Shown: positions 19,694 through 30,282, counted from the stretch's first letter. The stretch is DNA of 64,000 nt from Acidobacteriota bacterium (GCA_040754075.1 JBFMDH010000002.1:326221-390220), one strand, 5' to 3'. Program-made: numbers and translations. Notes: a model not told the origin generated them from the sequence alone.

Positions 19694-22456
19694 ATGACTG
19701 GACATGAAATCAGACAAAAGTTTTTAGACTATTTTGCCGAGCGCGGGCATCGCATCGTGAAAAGCTCGCCTCTGCTTCCGGCAAATGACCCGACTTTGTT
19801 ATTTACCAATGCCGGGATGAATCAATTCAAAGATGTATTTTTGGGCGCGGAACAACGCGACTACAAACGCGCTACGTCTTCGCAAAAATGTATACGCGCG
19901 GGCGGCAAACATAACGACCTCGACGAAGTCGGACGCACCACGCGCCATCATACCTTTTTTGAGATGCTCGGCAATTTTTCATTCGGCGATTACTTCAAAA
20001 AAGAAGCCATCTATTTTTCGTGGGATTTGCTGGTAAACGTTTTTGGTCTTGACCCGAAGCGTTTGTGGTTTACGGTGTTCGGCGGCGACGATGAAGTTCC
20101 GGCAGACGACGAAGCAGCGCGTTACTGGGAACAGGTCGGCGCGCCGCCTGAGCGCATCCTCAGATTCGGACGCAAAGACAATTTCTGGCAGATGGGCGAA
20201 ACCGGACCCTGCGGACCCTGTTCGGAAATTCATTACTATCAAGGCGAACACCCGGAAGACCCTGAGTTCAATCGCGCCGAATATGTCAATGGCACGGGCG
20301 ACATCACCATGGAAATCTGGAACGACGTGTTCATGCAATACAACCGCTACGTCAAACCGGGAACCGAAAATCAATATGTGCTTGACCCATTACCCGCGCC
20401 ATCCGTGGATACCGGCATGGGACTTGAGCGCATCACCGCAGTCATTCAAGGCGTCAGTTCAAATTACGAAACCGACCTCATCAAGCCGATTATCAATTTC
20501 ATCGCAGAGCTTGCGGGAAAAGTTTATGTCTATGATTCGCCCGAAGGTTTTGCTATGCGGGTGCTGGCTGACCACGCGCGTTCGGCTTCGTTTTCAATTG
20601 CCGATGGCATCGCGCCGGGCAATGTCGGCAGAAATTATGTGCTCAGAAAAATTTTGCGCCGCGCCATCTATCACGGCATCACGGGACTCAAGTTGCAACC
20701 GCCGTTTTTCCATAAAGTGTGCGAGTTTGTCATTGAGTTAATGAAAGAGCCGTACCCTGAACTCATCGCGGCGCGTCCGGCTATCGTGGAAATCGTTCAG
20801 CGCGAAGAACGCAGCTATAGCCGCATTTTAAATATTGCCGAACCGCGCAGCGCCGAGGTGTTCAATAAATACAAAGATGAAATGCCGCCGATGAGTGAAC
20901 TCGCGAAGTTGTACGACACTTATGGGGTGCCGACCGATTTGATTCGCGTCAAACTCAGTCAACGCGGTTGGGACATTGAAGAGAACGAATTCACCGAACA
21001 GTTCAACGCGGCGATTGCCGAATTGCAACAAAGCGGCGCGCAGGAAGCGACGACTATAGCTAAAAGAACAAGCCCCATTTATGGGTTAGCTGCAAGACTC
21101 ACAATCAACTTTGCGCCACGATTTATCGGCTACGAAGAGCTTGAGACTTCAAATGCGCGTGTTCTTGCTATTATTGTTGACGGTAAGTTGCGAGCTATCG
21201 ATAACGATGCACCTGAAGGGCCTCTCGCGTATGACAATAAACCTGTTATTAACAATAAGCCTCTATTAGCCGGGGAAAATGGAGAGGTTCTTCTTAGCAG
21301 CACACCTTTTTATGCTGAAGCAGGTGGTCAAGTTGGTGACACTGGAATATTGGAAGGTGAGAATATTTTAGCAACTGTACAAGATACTTTTTCTCCATCA
21401 CAGGGGTTTATTTTCCATAAAGTAAAAATAGAAAGCGGTCAACTCAACGTAGGAGACAGTGTGACGGCACGGGTTGACGCCGAGCGTCGCCGGAAGATCA
21501 AAGCCAATCACACGGGCACGCATTTATTGCACGCGGCGTTGCGCGAGGTTTTGGGTCCGCACGTCAAACAAGCCGGTTCGCTGGTTGCGCCCGATAGATT
21601 ACGGTTCGATTTTTCGCATTACGCGCCGCTCAGCGCCGAAGAAATTGCTGAGATTGAAGAACTCGTCAACCGCGAAATACTGCTCAATCGCCCGACCCAG
21701 ACCGAACTCAAATCTTATGATGAAGCGGTGAAATCGGGCGCGATGGCGCTATTCGGCGAAAAATATGGCTCTACGGTGCGCGTCGTCAGCGTGCCGGGAT
21801 TTTCAACTGAACTTTGCGGCGGCACGCACGTTCGCGCCACGGGCGATATTGGTCCTTTCAAAATCATCAGCGATTCGTCGATTGCCGCAGGTGTCAGACG
21901 ACTTGAAGCGGTTACCGCCGATGCGGCAATCGCGCGATTTCAAGCCGATGAACAGGTCGTCACCGAACTCACCCAGAGTTTGAAAGTGACGCCCAATGAA
22001 CTGCCGCAGGCGATTGATAAATTGCAGGAGCAGGTGCGCAAGTACGAACGCGAAATCGAGCAGTTGAAATTAAAGATTGCCCAATCGGCGGCGGCTTCGG
22101 CTACGGAAAATGCGCGACAGATTGCCGACATCAAGGCGCTTGCAACTGAAGTGTCGAACCTCGATGCCAATGGTATGCGCCAGCTTGCCGATAACTTGTC
22201 GCAAAAAATCAAGAGCGGGGTTGTCGTCTTAGGACAAAAGGGCGATGGCAAAGTTTCGCTGGTGGTTCGCGTGTCGGATGATTTGACCAAACGACTCAAC
22301 GCCGGGCAGATTGTTCGCGAAGTGTCGGCGTTTGTCGGCGGCAAAGGCGGCGGTCGCCCGGATATGGCAACCGGCGGCGGCGCGCAGGTCGAAAACCTGG
22401 AATCGGCTCTGGAAGCCAGTTACAAGGTCGTTGAACAAATGTTGAACGGTAAATAA
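19694..22456 (+). CDS. alaS: alanine--tRNA ligase (920 aa, ~40 aa longer than typical)
   Basis: Class II aaRS motifs, editing-domain HxxxH...CGGTH motif (CGGTHV), a C-terminal coiled coil and a DHHA1-like end (GGKGGGRPDMA). Confidence 0.95.
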   Translation: MTGHEIRQKFLDYFAERGHRIVKSSPLLPANDPTLLFTNAGMNQFKDVFLGAEQRDYKRATSSQKCIRAGGKHNDLDEVGRTTRHHTFFEMLGNFSFGDYFKKEAIYFSWDLLVNVFGLDPKRLWFTVFGGDDEVPADDEAARYWEQVGAPPERILRFGRKDNFWQMGETGPCGPCSEIHYYQGEHPEDPEFNRAEYVNGTGDITMEIWNDVFMQYNRYVKPGTENQYVLDPLPAPSVDTGMGLERITAVIQGVSSNYETDLIKPIINFIAELAGKVYVYDSPEGFAMRVLADHARSASFSIADGIAPGNVGRNYVLRKILRRAIYHGITGLKLQPPFFHKVCEFVIELMKEPYPELIAARPAIVEIVQREERSYSRILNIAEPRSAEVFNKYKDEMPPMSELAKLYDTYGVPTDLIRVKLSQRGWDIEENEFTEQFNAAIAELQQSGAQEATTIAKRTSPIYGLAARLTINFAPRFIGYEELETSNARVLAIIVDGKLRAIDNDAPEGPLAYDNKPVINNKPLLAGENGEVLLSSTPFYAEAGGQVGDTGILEGENILATVQDTFSPSQGFIFHKVKIESGQLNVGDSVTARVDAERRRKIKANHTGTHLLHAALREVLGPHVKQAGSLVAPDRLRFDFSHYAPLSAEEIAEIEELVNREILLNRPTQTELKSYDEAVKSGAMALFGEKYGSTVRVVSVPGFSTELCGGTHVRATGDIGPFKIISDSSIAAGVRRLEAVTADAAIARFQADEQVVTELTQSLKVTPNELPQAIDKLQEQVRKYEREIEQLKLKIAQSAAASATENARQIADIKALATEVSNLDANGMRQLADNLSQKIKSGVVVLGQKGDGKVSLVVRVSDDLTKRLNAGQIVREVSAFVGGKGGGRPDMATGGGAQVENLESALEASYKVVEQMLNGK

Positions 22457-22477
22457 TTTTTAGGTGAAAAGAACGAA

Positions 22478-23110
22478 ATGACTGAACTGAATAACATTAA
22501 TAATGAACCGTCACTGAGACGAAAAGATTTAGCCGCGAGTCCGTTTGCACAATTCGACAAATGGTACAAAGAGGCACAAAACACCGAACACAAATTCGCC
22601 AATGCCATGACGCTGGCAACCGCGACCCGCGAAAATGTGCCGTCGGCGCGGGTGGTATTGCTCAAAGATTTTGATGAAGAAGGTTTCGTTTTCTTCACCA
22701 ACTATGACAGCCAGAAAGGCGACGAACTTGCTGAAAACCCCATTGCCTGCCTGAATTTCTACTGGGAACAACTTGATAGACAGGTGCGCATCACCGGGCG
22801 GGTGACGAAAACTTCGCGCGAAGAGTCCGAAGAATATTTCCGCACCCGCCCGCTGGAAAGCCGTCTTGGCGCATGGGCTTCCAAACAAAGCCGCGTGATT
22901 GAGTCGCGGGCGGTTTTAGAAAATGAAATGCAACAGCTCAAGGAAAAATACGCCGATGGCGAAGTCCCGTTGCCGGCTTACTGGGGCGGGTATCGGGTAG
23001 CGGCAGAGGCGATAGAGTTCTGGCAAAATCGCACAGGACGATTGCACGACCGCTTTCGTTATACCCGACAAGCGGATGGCAGTTGGTTGATTGAGCGGTT
23101 GTCGCCTTAA
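22478..23110 (+). CDS. pdxH: pyridoxamine 5'-phosphate oxidase
   Basis: FMN-binding split barrel and the C-terminal WGGYRV...EFWQ...RLHDR motif. Confidence 0.9.
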   Translation: MTELNNINNEPSLRRKDLAASPFAQFDKWYKEAQNTEHKFANAMTLATATRENVPSARVVLLKDFDEEGFVFFTNYDSQKGDELAENPIACLNFYWEQLDRQVRITGRVTKTSREESEEYFRTRPLESRLGAWASKQSRVIESRAVLENEMQQLKEKYADGEVPLPAYWGGYRVAAEAIEFWQNRTGRLHDRFRYTRQADGSWLIERLSP

Positions 23111-23416
23111 ATTTTCTTTGCGAGCAGCTTAAATTTTTCTTACAGCTTGATATTTTCCTCTCCTTCAAATATAACGATTCCGATTCACCCGGCAGTATTA
23201 TCGCTTTCCCTAGCTATGCGGTTTTATGAAGGTTAATAAACTGGAAATCATTAACGCGACCCGTTCAAAGAGGCGGGTTGTAATTTTGCTCACTCAAGAA
23301 CTAACTCGGTAAGGATGAAATTCAGGTTTGCGGTTGATCCCCCCTTTCAACACTTTATGTACTGGCAATCGTAAGATTTGAATTTCCGCTCCTATTTAAA
23401 GCATGGAGGACAATCT

Positions 23417-26400
23417 ATGGAGATGTTCAAAAAGTCAAAATGGATAGTTGCTTTTCTTTTGACCTTTACGCTGGGATTTCAAGCCAGCGTTTTCGCGCAA
23501 ACCCAAATCACCACAGGGGTGATTCAAGGAACGGTTTTAGACCCGCAAGGCGCATCGGTTGCCGATGCGAAAGTTGAAGTCAAAAACGCGGATACCAATT
23601 TTTCGCGAACCTTATCGACCGATGCGGATGGACGATTTGTGTTTTTGCAGTTGCAACCGGGACGCTACAGCGTCACCATCTCGAAACAGGGTTTCGCAAC
23701 CCTCGTGCAAGAGAATCTCGAACTCACCGTCGGTAAAGCGATCTCTCTCACCTTAAACATGAAAATTTCGCAACTCGAAGAGAAGGTCATCATTACCGCT
23801 GCGCCGACCATTGATGTGGTCAAAACCGAATCCAGTACCACCCTCAATGAACTCGCTGTCAACACCACGCCGATCTTAGGCAGAAAATTTGAAGACCTGT
23901 TGACTCTCACACCCGGCGTCAGCATTACTCAGGGACCGGATGGCGATGAAATCAATTTCGCCGGACAACGCGGCATTTTCAACAATGTCAGTCTTGATGG
24001 CGGCGATTACAACAACGGATTTTTTGGTGAACAGGCGGGCGGTCAACGCGCTGCAATTGACATCACCCTGGAAGCCGTCAAAGAGTTTCAAGTCGTCGCC
24101 ACCGGCGCAAGCGCCGAATTCGGACGCACGGCGGGCGGCGTCATCAACGTCATTACCAAATCCGGCACCAATGATATTCGCGGCAGCCTGTTTCATTTTC
24201 AACGGCTCGAAGGGTTGACCGCAAAAACTTCGGATGGCAAAAAGCTCAATGATTTTCACCGCGAACAATTCGGCGGCACCATCGGCGGCCCGATTGTCAA
24301 AGACACCGCTTTTTACTTTTTTGCCTTCGAGCAAATATTTGAAAAACTCAATCGCGACAATTTGAGCGTGCAAATTGGCGCAACCCCTTGCTCCGTACAA
24401 GCGCCGACGGTTCGCAACAACGAAGCCTTAATCAACAGCAACCCGGATTGTCAACGTCTGGCGTTGCTCAACTTTTTCCGTTCTTCGGTCGGACAGGAAG
24501 AGGGCAATCCGGTCAGCCATAAAATCCGCAACTCAGCGATTCTCGGCAAACTGGATTTCAGTTTGAATTCAGCCAACAAACTGGCGCTCTCGTATAATTT
24601 TGACCGCTCAAGAAATGCCAACCAGACTTTCGACGTGGATACCTATGGCAATTCCGCCAACGGCACCGAAGGACCATCGAAAATCAATGTCGTCAACGTC
24701 AATTTGTTCAGTTCGATTTCAGCGACCACATTGAACGAAGCGCATTTCACCTATGCGCGTGAAACCCGTCCACGTTCGGCTACGCCTTCCAACATTCCTG
24801 CGGATACCGCGATGGGTTTTGCAACGACGTTTCGTTTCGGCAATCCCTTCTTTTTGCAACCCGGCGTTGACGAAGTGTTCTGGCGCTCCCAGCTCAAAGA
24901 TAACTTCTCGGTTATTGCCGGGGCGCATACTTTTAAAGTAGGCGGCGAATGGATTCACAGTCTCAATGACCAGGTATTTCGCGGCTTTTTCACCGGTCGT
25001 TATATTTTCGATAGCGTAGCCGGATTCCTGCGCTACGCATCGCCTGCGGCATCGGGTGGATTCGGCCCGCGAACCGTCGCCTGCTCAAACGGCACCTATG
25101 TTACCGCGCCCGCGAGTTGTCCGGCAGGCACCACGGCAACCGGCGGTCCGCTGCTGCTTTATTTGCAAGGCGCAGGACGTTCAGGACCGGCAACCGATGA
25201 AGCCGGTGCCTCGAAAATCGACAATGAAGATTATGCGATATTTGCTCAGGATAAATGGCAGATACGCCCGAACTTCACCTTCAATTACGGACTGCGCTGG
25301 GAAGCCCAAATCTTTCCGCAAATGTCGGTCGCGCCGCAAGACACCGCTTATGGCATTTTCCTGAGCGACCCGCGCTTTCCCTCGGACGGCACCTTGCCGA
25401 GCCAGAAGAAGATGTTTCAACCGCGTGTTGGTTTCGCCTGGGATATTTCCGGCAATGCCAAATCGGTTTTGCGAGCCAGTTGGGGAATTTATAACGCCCG
25501 GCAAAATATGTTGTCACAGGTCGGCTCAATCACCACAAACGGCGTGCAACAACAAACCATCTTTCTCAACACCCCGATTATCGCAAGCGGCGCAACCCCG
25601 CCGACCTGGCCTGGACTGGTGACACCGACGGCGCAAAGCTGCGGCTCGAATCCTTTTCCCTGTTTTAGCGGGGTTCGCGTCTTCAGCCGCGATTATGCCA
25701 ACCCGCGCATCTATACCACCAATGTTGCATTCGAGCAGGAGTTGGCTGCAAATCTCGCATTGTATCTCGATTTCACCCACTCGAAAGGCGTACATCTGAC
25801 GCGCTTTTTCAATGCCAATTTTTCGGGAATCTTTTCACCGGAACTCGGTGAAGTCATGGTCGCTTCAAGCTCTGCGAAATCGCTTTATCGCGGGTTCACC
25901 ATCGGACTCAGAAAACGCTTCAGCGACGGGTTCCAGATGGAAACCAATTACACCTGGTCAAAAGACCTCGATGATGATTCCAATGAACGCGACCCGTTCA
26001 CCGACCGCGTCTTTGACCACAATGATTTCTCGAAAGATTATTCGCTGTCGGATCGCGACATTCGCCACAAATTTAACTTTGTCGCGTTTGCCGAAATCGG
26101 CGCAGGATTCCAGTTCAACGGGCGTATTCAAGCGCGTTCGGCGCAACCGATTACGCCGAACCCGCGTGTTGTAAACGGCGTTGATTTGGGACGCAACAGC
26201 ATTCGCAAAGACAATGAATTTTTCTCCTTCGATTGGCGATTGACGCGCCCGTTCAAATGGGGTGAACGCTATTCGCTGATTCCGATTTTTGAAATGTTCA
26301 ACACCTTTAACAATAAAAACAACATCAACCCGCTGGCAACCCCCGGACTGTTCAACTTCGACGGCTTCCTGCGCGTTGGTGTTGGCGACCCCAGACAAGT

Positions 26401-26428
26401 GCAACTTGCCCTGAGGTTCACTTTCTAA
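23417..26428 (+). CDS. TonB-dependent outer-membrane receptor with N-terminal carboxypeptidase-regulatory-like domain (track start 23378; ATG at 23417 follows a GGAGGA RBS)
   Basis: Signal peptide MEMFKKSKWIVAFLLTFTLGFQASVFAQT, a CarbopepD_reg domain (GVIQGTVLDPQGASVADAKVEV...GRYSVTIS), the plug domain, and a long beta-barrel ending in an aromatic residue (LRFTF). Confidence 0.8.
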   Translation: MEMFKKSKWIVAFLLTFTLGFQASVFAQTQITTGVIQGTVLDPQGASVADAKVEVKNADTNFSRTLSTDADGRFVFLQLQPGRYSVTISKQGFATLVQENLELTVGKAISLTLNMKISQLEEKVIITAAPTIDVVKTESSTTLNELAVNTTPILGRKFEDLLTLTPGVSITQGPDGDEINFAGQRGIFNNVSLDGGDYNNGFFGEQAGGQRAAIDITLEAVKEFQVVATGASAEFGRTAGGVINVITKSGTNDIRGSLFHFQRLEGLTAKTSDGKKLNDFHREQFGGTIGGPIVKDTAFYFFAFEQIFEKLNRDNLSVQIGATPCSVQAPTVRNNEALINSNPDCQRLALLNFFRSSVGQEEGNPVSHKIRNSAILGKLDFSLNSANKLALSYNFDRSRNANQTFDVDTYGNSANGTEGPSKINVVNVNLFSSISATTLNEAHFTYARETRPRSATPSNIPADTAMGFATTFRFGNPFFLQPGVDEVFWRSQLKDNFSVIAGAHTFKVGGEWIHSLNDQVFRGFFTGRYIFDSVAGFLRYASPAASGGFGPRTVACSNGTYVTAPASCPAGTTATGGPLLLYLQGAGRSGPATDEAGASKIDNEDYAIFAQDKWQIRPNFTFNYGLRWEAQIFPQMSVAPQDTAYGIFLSDPRFPSDGTLPSQKKMFQPRVGFAWDISGNAKSVLRASWGIYNARQNMLSQVGSITTNGVQQQTIFLNTPIIASGATPPTWPGLVTPTAQSCGSNPFPCFSGVRVFSRDYANPRIYTTNVAFEQELAANLALYLDFTHSKGVHLTRFFNANFSGIFSPELGEVMVASSSAKSLYRGFTIGLRKRFSDGFQMETNYTWSKDLDDDSNERDPFTDRVFDHNDFSKDYSLSDRDIRHKFNFVAFAEIGAGFQFNGRIQARSAQPITPNPRVVNGVDLGRNSIRKDNEFFSFDWRLTRPFKWGERYSLIPIFEMFNTFNNKNNINPLATPGLFNFDGFLRVGVGDPRQVQLALRFTF

Positions 26429-26502
26429 TTTGCGCTTGCTGTGATTTAAATGGTCAACTGAAAACCCCGAAACGTCTTGCGGTTGTTAGACGCTTCGGGG
26501 TT

Positions 26503-28194
26503 TTGTTATATTGCGCCGCGCGTTCCCTGTTGCAATTCAATCACAAAAAAACGAATTTCGGAGCCACATTCTTGCGCGTTATTTCGCTTATTGGGTTTTT
26601 CATCATTCTCAGCCTCGCCTGGCTGGTTTCGTTCAATCGGCGTGACGTAAAACTGCGCCCGGTCATTTGGGGCATCGCCTTGCTGTTGATTCTGGCAATC
26701 ATCATTTTTCGTCAGGATGCGTTGAGTTTCGTCGGGATGACGTTGCTTGCGCTTCTGGTGATTGTTTACCTGCTTGAACGGACGGCTGAAAACCAGCAAC
26801 AGAAATGGCAATGGCGAATTTTTGTCGTCGTTGGCGCTTTGCTTGTCGGGGCGCTTTCTTTGCTATTGCCGACGCGATTTCTCATCATCGGATTTTTTGT
26901 GCTCATTCCGATTCTCTTGATTAACGGGCGATTTAAATTGCTGCCCAACGCGCAAAAATATGCAAGCGCGTTGCTCATCATTTTTGCGACTGCCAGTTTG
27001 ATAAAACAGAACCTTCACGGCAACCAGTTGTTTCAAATCATCGGCGATAAAATCACCAGCTTTCTGAATCTGTCGGATTACGGCGCAAGGTTTTTATTCG
27101 GCAACCTTGCCGACCCGCAATATTACTTTCCGAATGCCGAGACTAACTGGCCCGGACTTGGGTTTCTGGTTGCCTTCAAAGTGTTGCCGGTGATCATTTT
27201 TTTCAGCGCCTTGATGGCGTTGCTCTACTACCTGGGGATTATGCAAAGCGTGCTGGCGGCTGTCAGTCGTTTCGTTTGCTGGACGACCGGCACGAGCGGC
27301 GCGGAAACCCTGGTCTGTACCGCAAACATTTTCATCGGGCAAACCGAAGCGCCGCTGTTGATTCGCCCGTATATGGACGGCTTGACCAATTCCGAAGTTG
27401 TGACGGTGATGCTTGCGGGGTTTGCGACCATGGCGGGTAGCACGCTTGGGGTGTACGGCGCATTCGGCATTCCGATTCAACATATCCTTGCGGCGTCTGT
27501 GTTGTCTGCGCCGGCGGCACTGGTCATCGCGAAAATTCTGTTTCCCGAAAAGGAACATCCGCAAACCGCAGGCGATGTTGAAATTCCCAAAGTCCATGTG
27601 GGCGCGAATGTCTTTGAGGCACTGGCAAACGGCATCGGCGATGGATTGAAATTAGCCGCGAATGTCGGCGCGATGTTGATTGGCTTTATCGCTTTGGTTG
27701 CGGCGCTCGATTCACTATTCAGCCTTTGCGATTACTGGATTGACGGGAGACTACTAGGCGGCGAGCACATCGACTATGCGGTTCGTGGACTCACGCCGGT
27801 GAATGGCGAATACGTCGGCATTTTCCCGGGGTCGCTGCAAACCCTGTTTGGCACGATTATGCGCCCGGTTGCGTGGTTAATTGGCGTGCAATGGTCGGAA
27901 GCGGCGCAGGTCGGCAACCTCATCGGCATTCAACTTTCGCTCAACGAATTTATCGCTTACGGGACATTGGGCGGCTACATTCGCGCCGGGGCAATCAGTG
28001 AACGCTCGATGATTTTAACCACCTATGCAATTTGCAGCTTTGCCAATTTTTCAAGCATCGGCATTCAAATCGGCGGCTTGAGCGCGTTGGTTCCCGGTCG
28101 CAAAAAAGATTTCGCGCGCTTCGCCCTGAGAGCCATGTTTGGTGGCGCAATGGCTTCGTGGCTCACGGCTGCGCTGGCGGGAATGTTGTTATAA
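26503..28194 (+). CDS. concentrative nucleoside transporter (NupC/CNT family) with N-terminal extension
   Basis: CNT-family motifs (GxxxxxGVYGAFGIP and the C-terminal hairpin region GIQLSLNEFIAYG...) and multi-TM hydropathy. The real start is probably downstream of the annotated one. Confidence 0.75.
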   Translation: MLYCAARSLLQFNHKKTNFGATFLRVISLIGFFIILSLAWLVSFNRRDVKLRPVIWGIALLLILAIIIFRQDALSFVGMTLLALLVIVYLLERTAENQQQKWQWRIFVVVGALLVGALSLLLPTRFLIIGFFVLIPILLINGRFKLLPNAQKYASALLIIFATASLIKQNLHGNQLFQIIGDKITSFLNLSDYGARFLFGNLADPQYYFPNAETNWPGLGFLVAFKVLPVIIFFSALMALLYYLGIMQSVLAAVSRFVCWTTGTSGAETLVCTANIFIGQTEAPLLIRPYMDGLTNSEVVTVMLAGFATMAGSTLGVYGAFGIPIQHILAASVLSAPAALVIAKILFPEKEHPQTAGDVEIPKVHVGANVFEALANGIGDGLKLAANVGAMLIGFIALVAALDSLFSLCDYWIDGRLLGGEHIDYAVRGLTPVNGEYVGIFPGSLQTLFGTIMRPVAWLIGVQWSEAAQVGNLIGIQLSLNEFIAYGTLGGYIRAGAISERSMILTTYAICSFANFSSIGIQIGGLSALVPGRKKDFARFALRAMFGGAMASWLTAALAGMLL

Positions 28195-28201
28195 TTGGCT
28201 A

Positions 28202-29998
28202 ATGAAACCGTCATCATTTCTACATAACTCATTAATCGTCATCGGCGGCGCGTCGCTCGATATTCTGCATTTTGCGGGGCGCACCGAACGTTCAGCCGGA
28301 GGCTCAGGGCTTTATACATCGCTTGCGGCGCATCGCATGGGGCGGCGTGTGACCATGATTGCGCCGCGTCCCAGTCCTGTGCCGCCTGAGCTTGAACTTG
28401 CTGATGAGCGCCTGGATTGGCGTGGCGTCGCGTTTCCTCCCGAAGAGTTGCCGACCTTTGAAATCGCGCACCTCGGCAACGGACAAACCAAATATCTGAA
28501 CATCTGGTGGCGAGCCGAAAAATATCTGTCGCTCGATTACGTGCCGGATGATTTGCCTGAAGGCCTGGTCTACTGCATCCCGATGATTGATACCCAACAT
28601 CAGGTAGAATTTTTGCGCCACTTCAAATCGCTTGGTCGCGTTATTGCCTGCGGCACCCATCAAGGAGCGGTGAATCAGCAACTCGAAGCGGTGCGCGAGT
28701 CACTGAGCCTTGTGGATTTTTTCTTCTGCAATGAAGATGAAGCGCGCGGCATTTTCGGCACGCTCGACCGGGCGCGAACTGCAGCCGGTAAAACGCTTTT
28801 CATTACACGCGGCGCGCAAGGTGTGCGGGTTATTCAAGGCGAATACGCAACTGATGTTGCGGGCGTCTGGGTTGATGAATTAGACCCGACGGGTGCGGGC
28901 GATACTTTTTGTGGCACGACGCTCGCGCTGCTTGCCGAAGGCGCGCATCCGGTAATGGCGGCGCGATATGGCGTGGTTGCAGCGGCAGAAATGGTAACGA
29001 AAATCGGACCCGATGCTTTATTTAATGCGCCGCCTGTGACTGGGCAGGATGCCCGCGTAGAGATTGACTTGGAGCAGATAAAAAATATTGCATCATTCAT
29101 TCGCGGGATTTCGGAAGTAACGGCTTATGATTTCGTCGGCGAATATTTTCCCGAAGTCGGAAGCCCGCAGGCGCTTGACTATTTTTTCACAGCGACCTTG
29201 CAGCAATTCGGTTTTTGGAGCGAACAGGACGGGCGCTACTTTGAACCGATGATTGCTTCGATAAATGGTCGAAAGCTGAAAGGCAGTGATTATCTGTGGG
29301 CGACCTATTACCGGATGATGAACGAGCAGGCTGATTTGCTTTCACCCGCAGGACATGCCGCGCTTGATGCCGCAACGCTTGAAACCTTCTATCGTGCCGA
29401 TGACGCGAGCAATCCGCTGTCGGTTTTTGATGAACGGTTGAAACTGGCGCAAACTTACGGGCGCGATTTGCAAACCTTGGGACTCACGCCCGCTGAAATT
29501 ATTGAACGCGCCAACGCGAGCAACAAACCTTTGCAAACGTTTCTCGCTTTTCTCGATTACCTTGGCGGTTACAAAGAAGACCCGTTAAGAAAAAAATCGG
29601 CATTGCTGGCGATTATTTTGCAACAACGACCGGAAAAGTTTTTGCGTGAGTCAGGCGATGAACTGGTGCCGCCGATTGTTGATTATCACATTCAACGAAG
29701 TTGTTTGCGCATTGGATTGGTGAAAGTCGTTGACCGTGATTTACGCGAGCGTCTTGAACGACGCGAAGTCTTACTGCCCGCTGAAGAGTGGGCGATTCGC
29801 GAAGCGGTTTATCGCGCGATGAATGAATTGCAACAAGTGAGCGGCTGTTCGATGGGCGCACTGGATAAATTCTTTTTCGATAATCGTCACCGCTGTCCCG
29901 AAATGAGCGAACCCGATTGCGCCAGTTGCCCGATTGATGCAGTCTGCGCGCATCAGAAATCGCTTTTTCAACCGGTCATCCGCACAACCTTTTATTGA
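28202..29998 (+). CDS. PfkB-family carbohydrate/nucleoside kinase fused to ~320-aa C-terminal domain of unknown function ending in a 4-Cys motif
   Basis: Ribokinase-like N-terminal domain (IVIGGASLDIL...GGSGLYTS...DPTGAGDTFCG with the GAGD anion hole). The C-terminal half has no confident family; DUF2419/Q_salvage-like is tentative. The tail reads CPEMSEPDCASCPIDAVCAH. Track start 28139 overlaps the transporter; the ATG at 28202 is preferred. Confidence 0.6.
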   Translation: MKPSSFLHNSLIVIGGASLDILHFAGRTERSAGGSGLYTSLAAHRMGRRVTMIAPRPSPVPPELELADERLDWRGVAFPPEELPTFEIAHLGNGQTKYLNIWWRAEKYLSLDYVPDDLPEGLVYCIPMIDTQHQVEFLRHFKSLGRVIACGTHQGAVNQQLEAVRESLSLVDFFFCNEDEARGIFGTLDRARTAAGKTLFITRGAQGVRVIQGEYATDVAGVWVDELDPTGAGDTFCGTTLALLAEGAHPVMAARYGVVAAAEMVTKIGPDALFNAPPVTGQDARVEIDLEQIKNIASFIRGISEVTAYDFVGEYFPEVGSPQALDYFFTATLQQFGFWSEQDGRYFEPMIASINGRKLKGSDYLWATYYRMMNEQADLLSPAGHAALDAATLETFYRADDASNPLSVFDERLKLAQTYGRDLQTLGLTPAEIIERANASNKPLQTFLAFLDYLGGYKEDPLRKKSALLAIILQQRPEKFLRESGDELVPPIVDYHIQRSCLRIGLVKVVDRDLRERLERREVLLPAEEWAIREAVYRAMNELQQVSGCSMGALDKFFFDNRHRCPEMSEPDCASCPIDAVCAHQKSLFQPVIRTTFY

Positions 29999-30282
29999 AA
30001 ATTATCTCTTTAGAGCGGGTTGCAAAACGATTTACTGAGGTTAAACAAGCCCAACGACGCGGTCAAAGATCGCTTCCTCAACTTTTCCATTTTTCTGCTC
30101 GCAAAATTTCCAGTCAGGTTTCACTAAGGCTTCACGCCTGAAGCGGCGATGAAAACGGAGGTGAAATGAAATGTGTGAAATCATCGCACAGGCGTTTACC
30201 GGCATCGGCAATTTACTGCTGATGTTTTTTTAGTAAATAACTCTTAGTCTTCCGAAACCGACAGGCATATAATTCAGCCGCC

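Noticed and set aside
23110-23416. Searched for a sigma-54 (-24 TGGCAC / -12 TTGC) promoter upstream of the TonB receptor and other genes, since rpoN is encoded here
   Set aside because: The only TGGCA hit, near 23347, lacks a correctly spaced -12 GC element. No convincing sigma-54 promoter was seen by eye.
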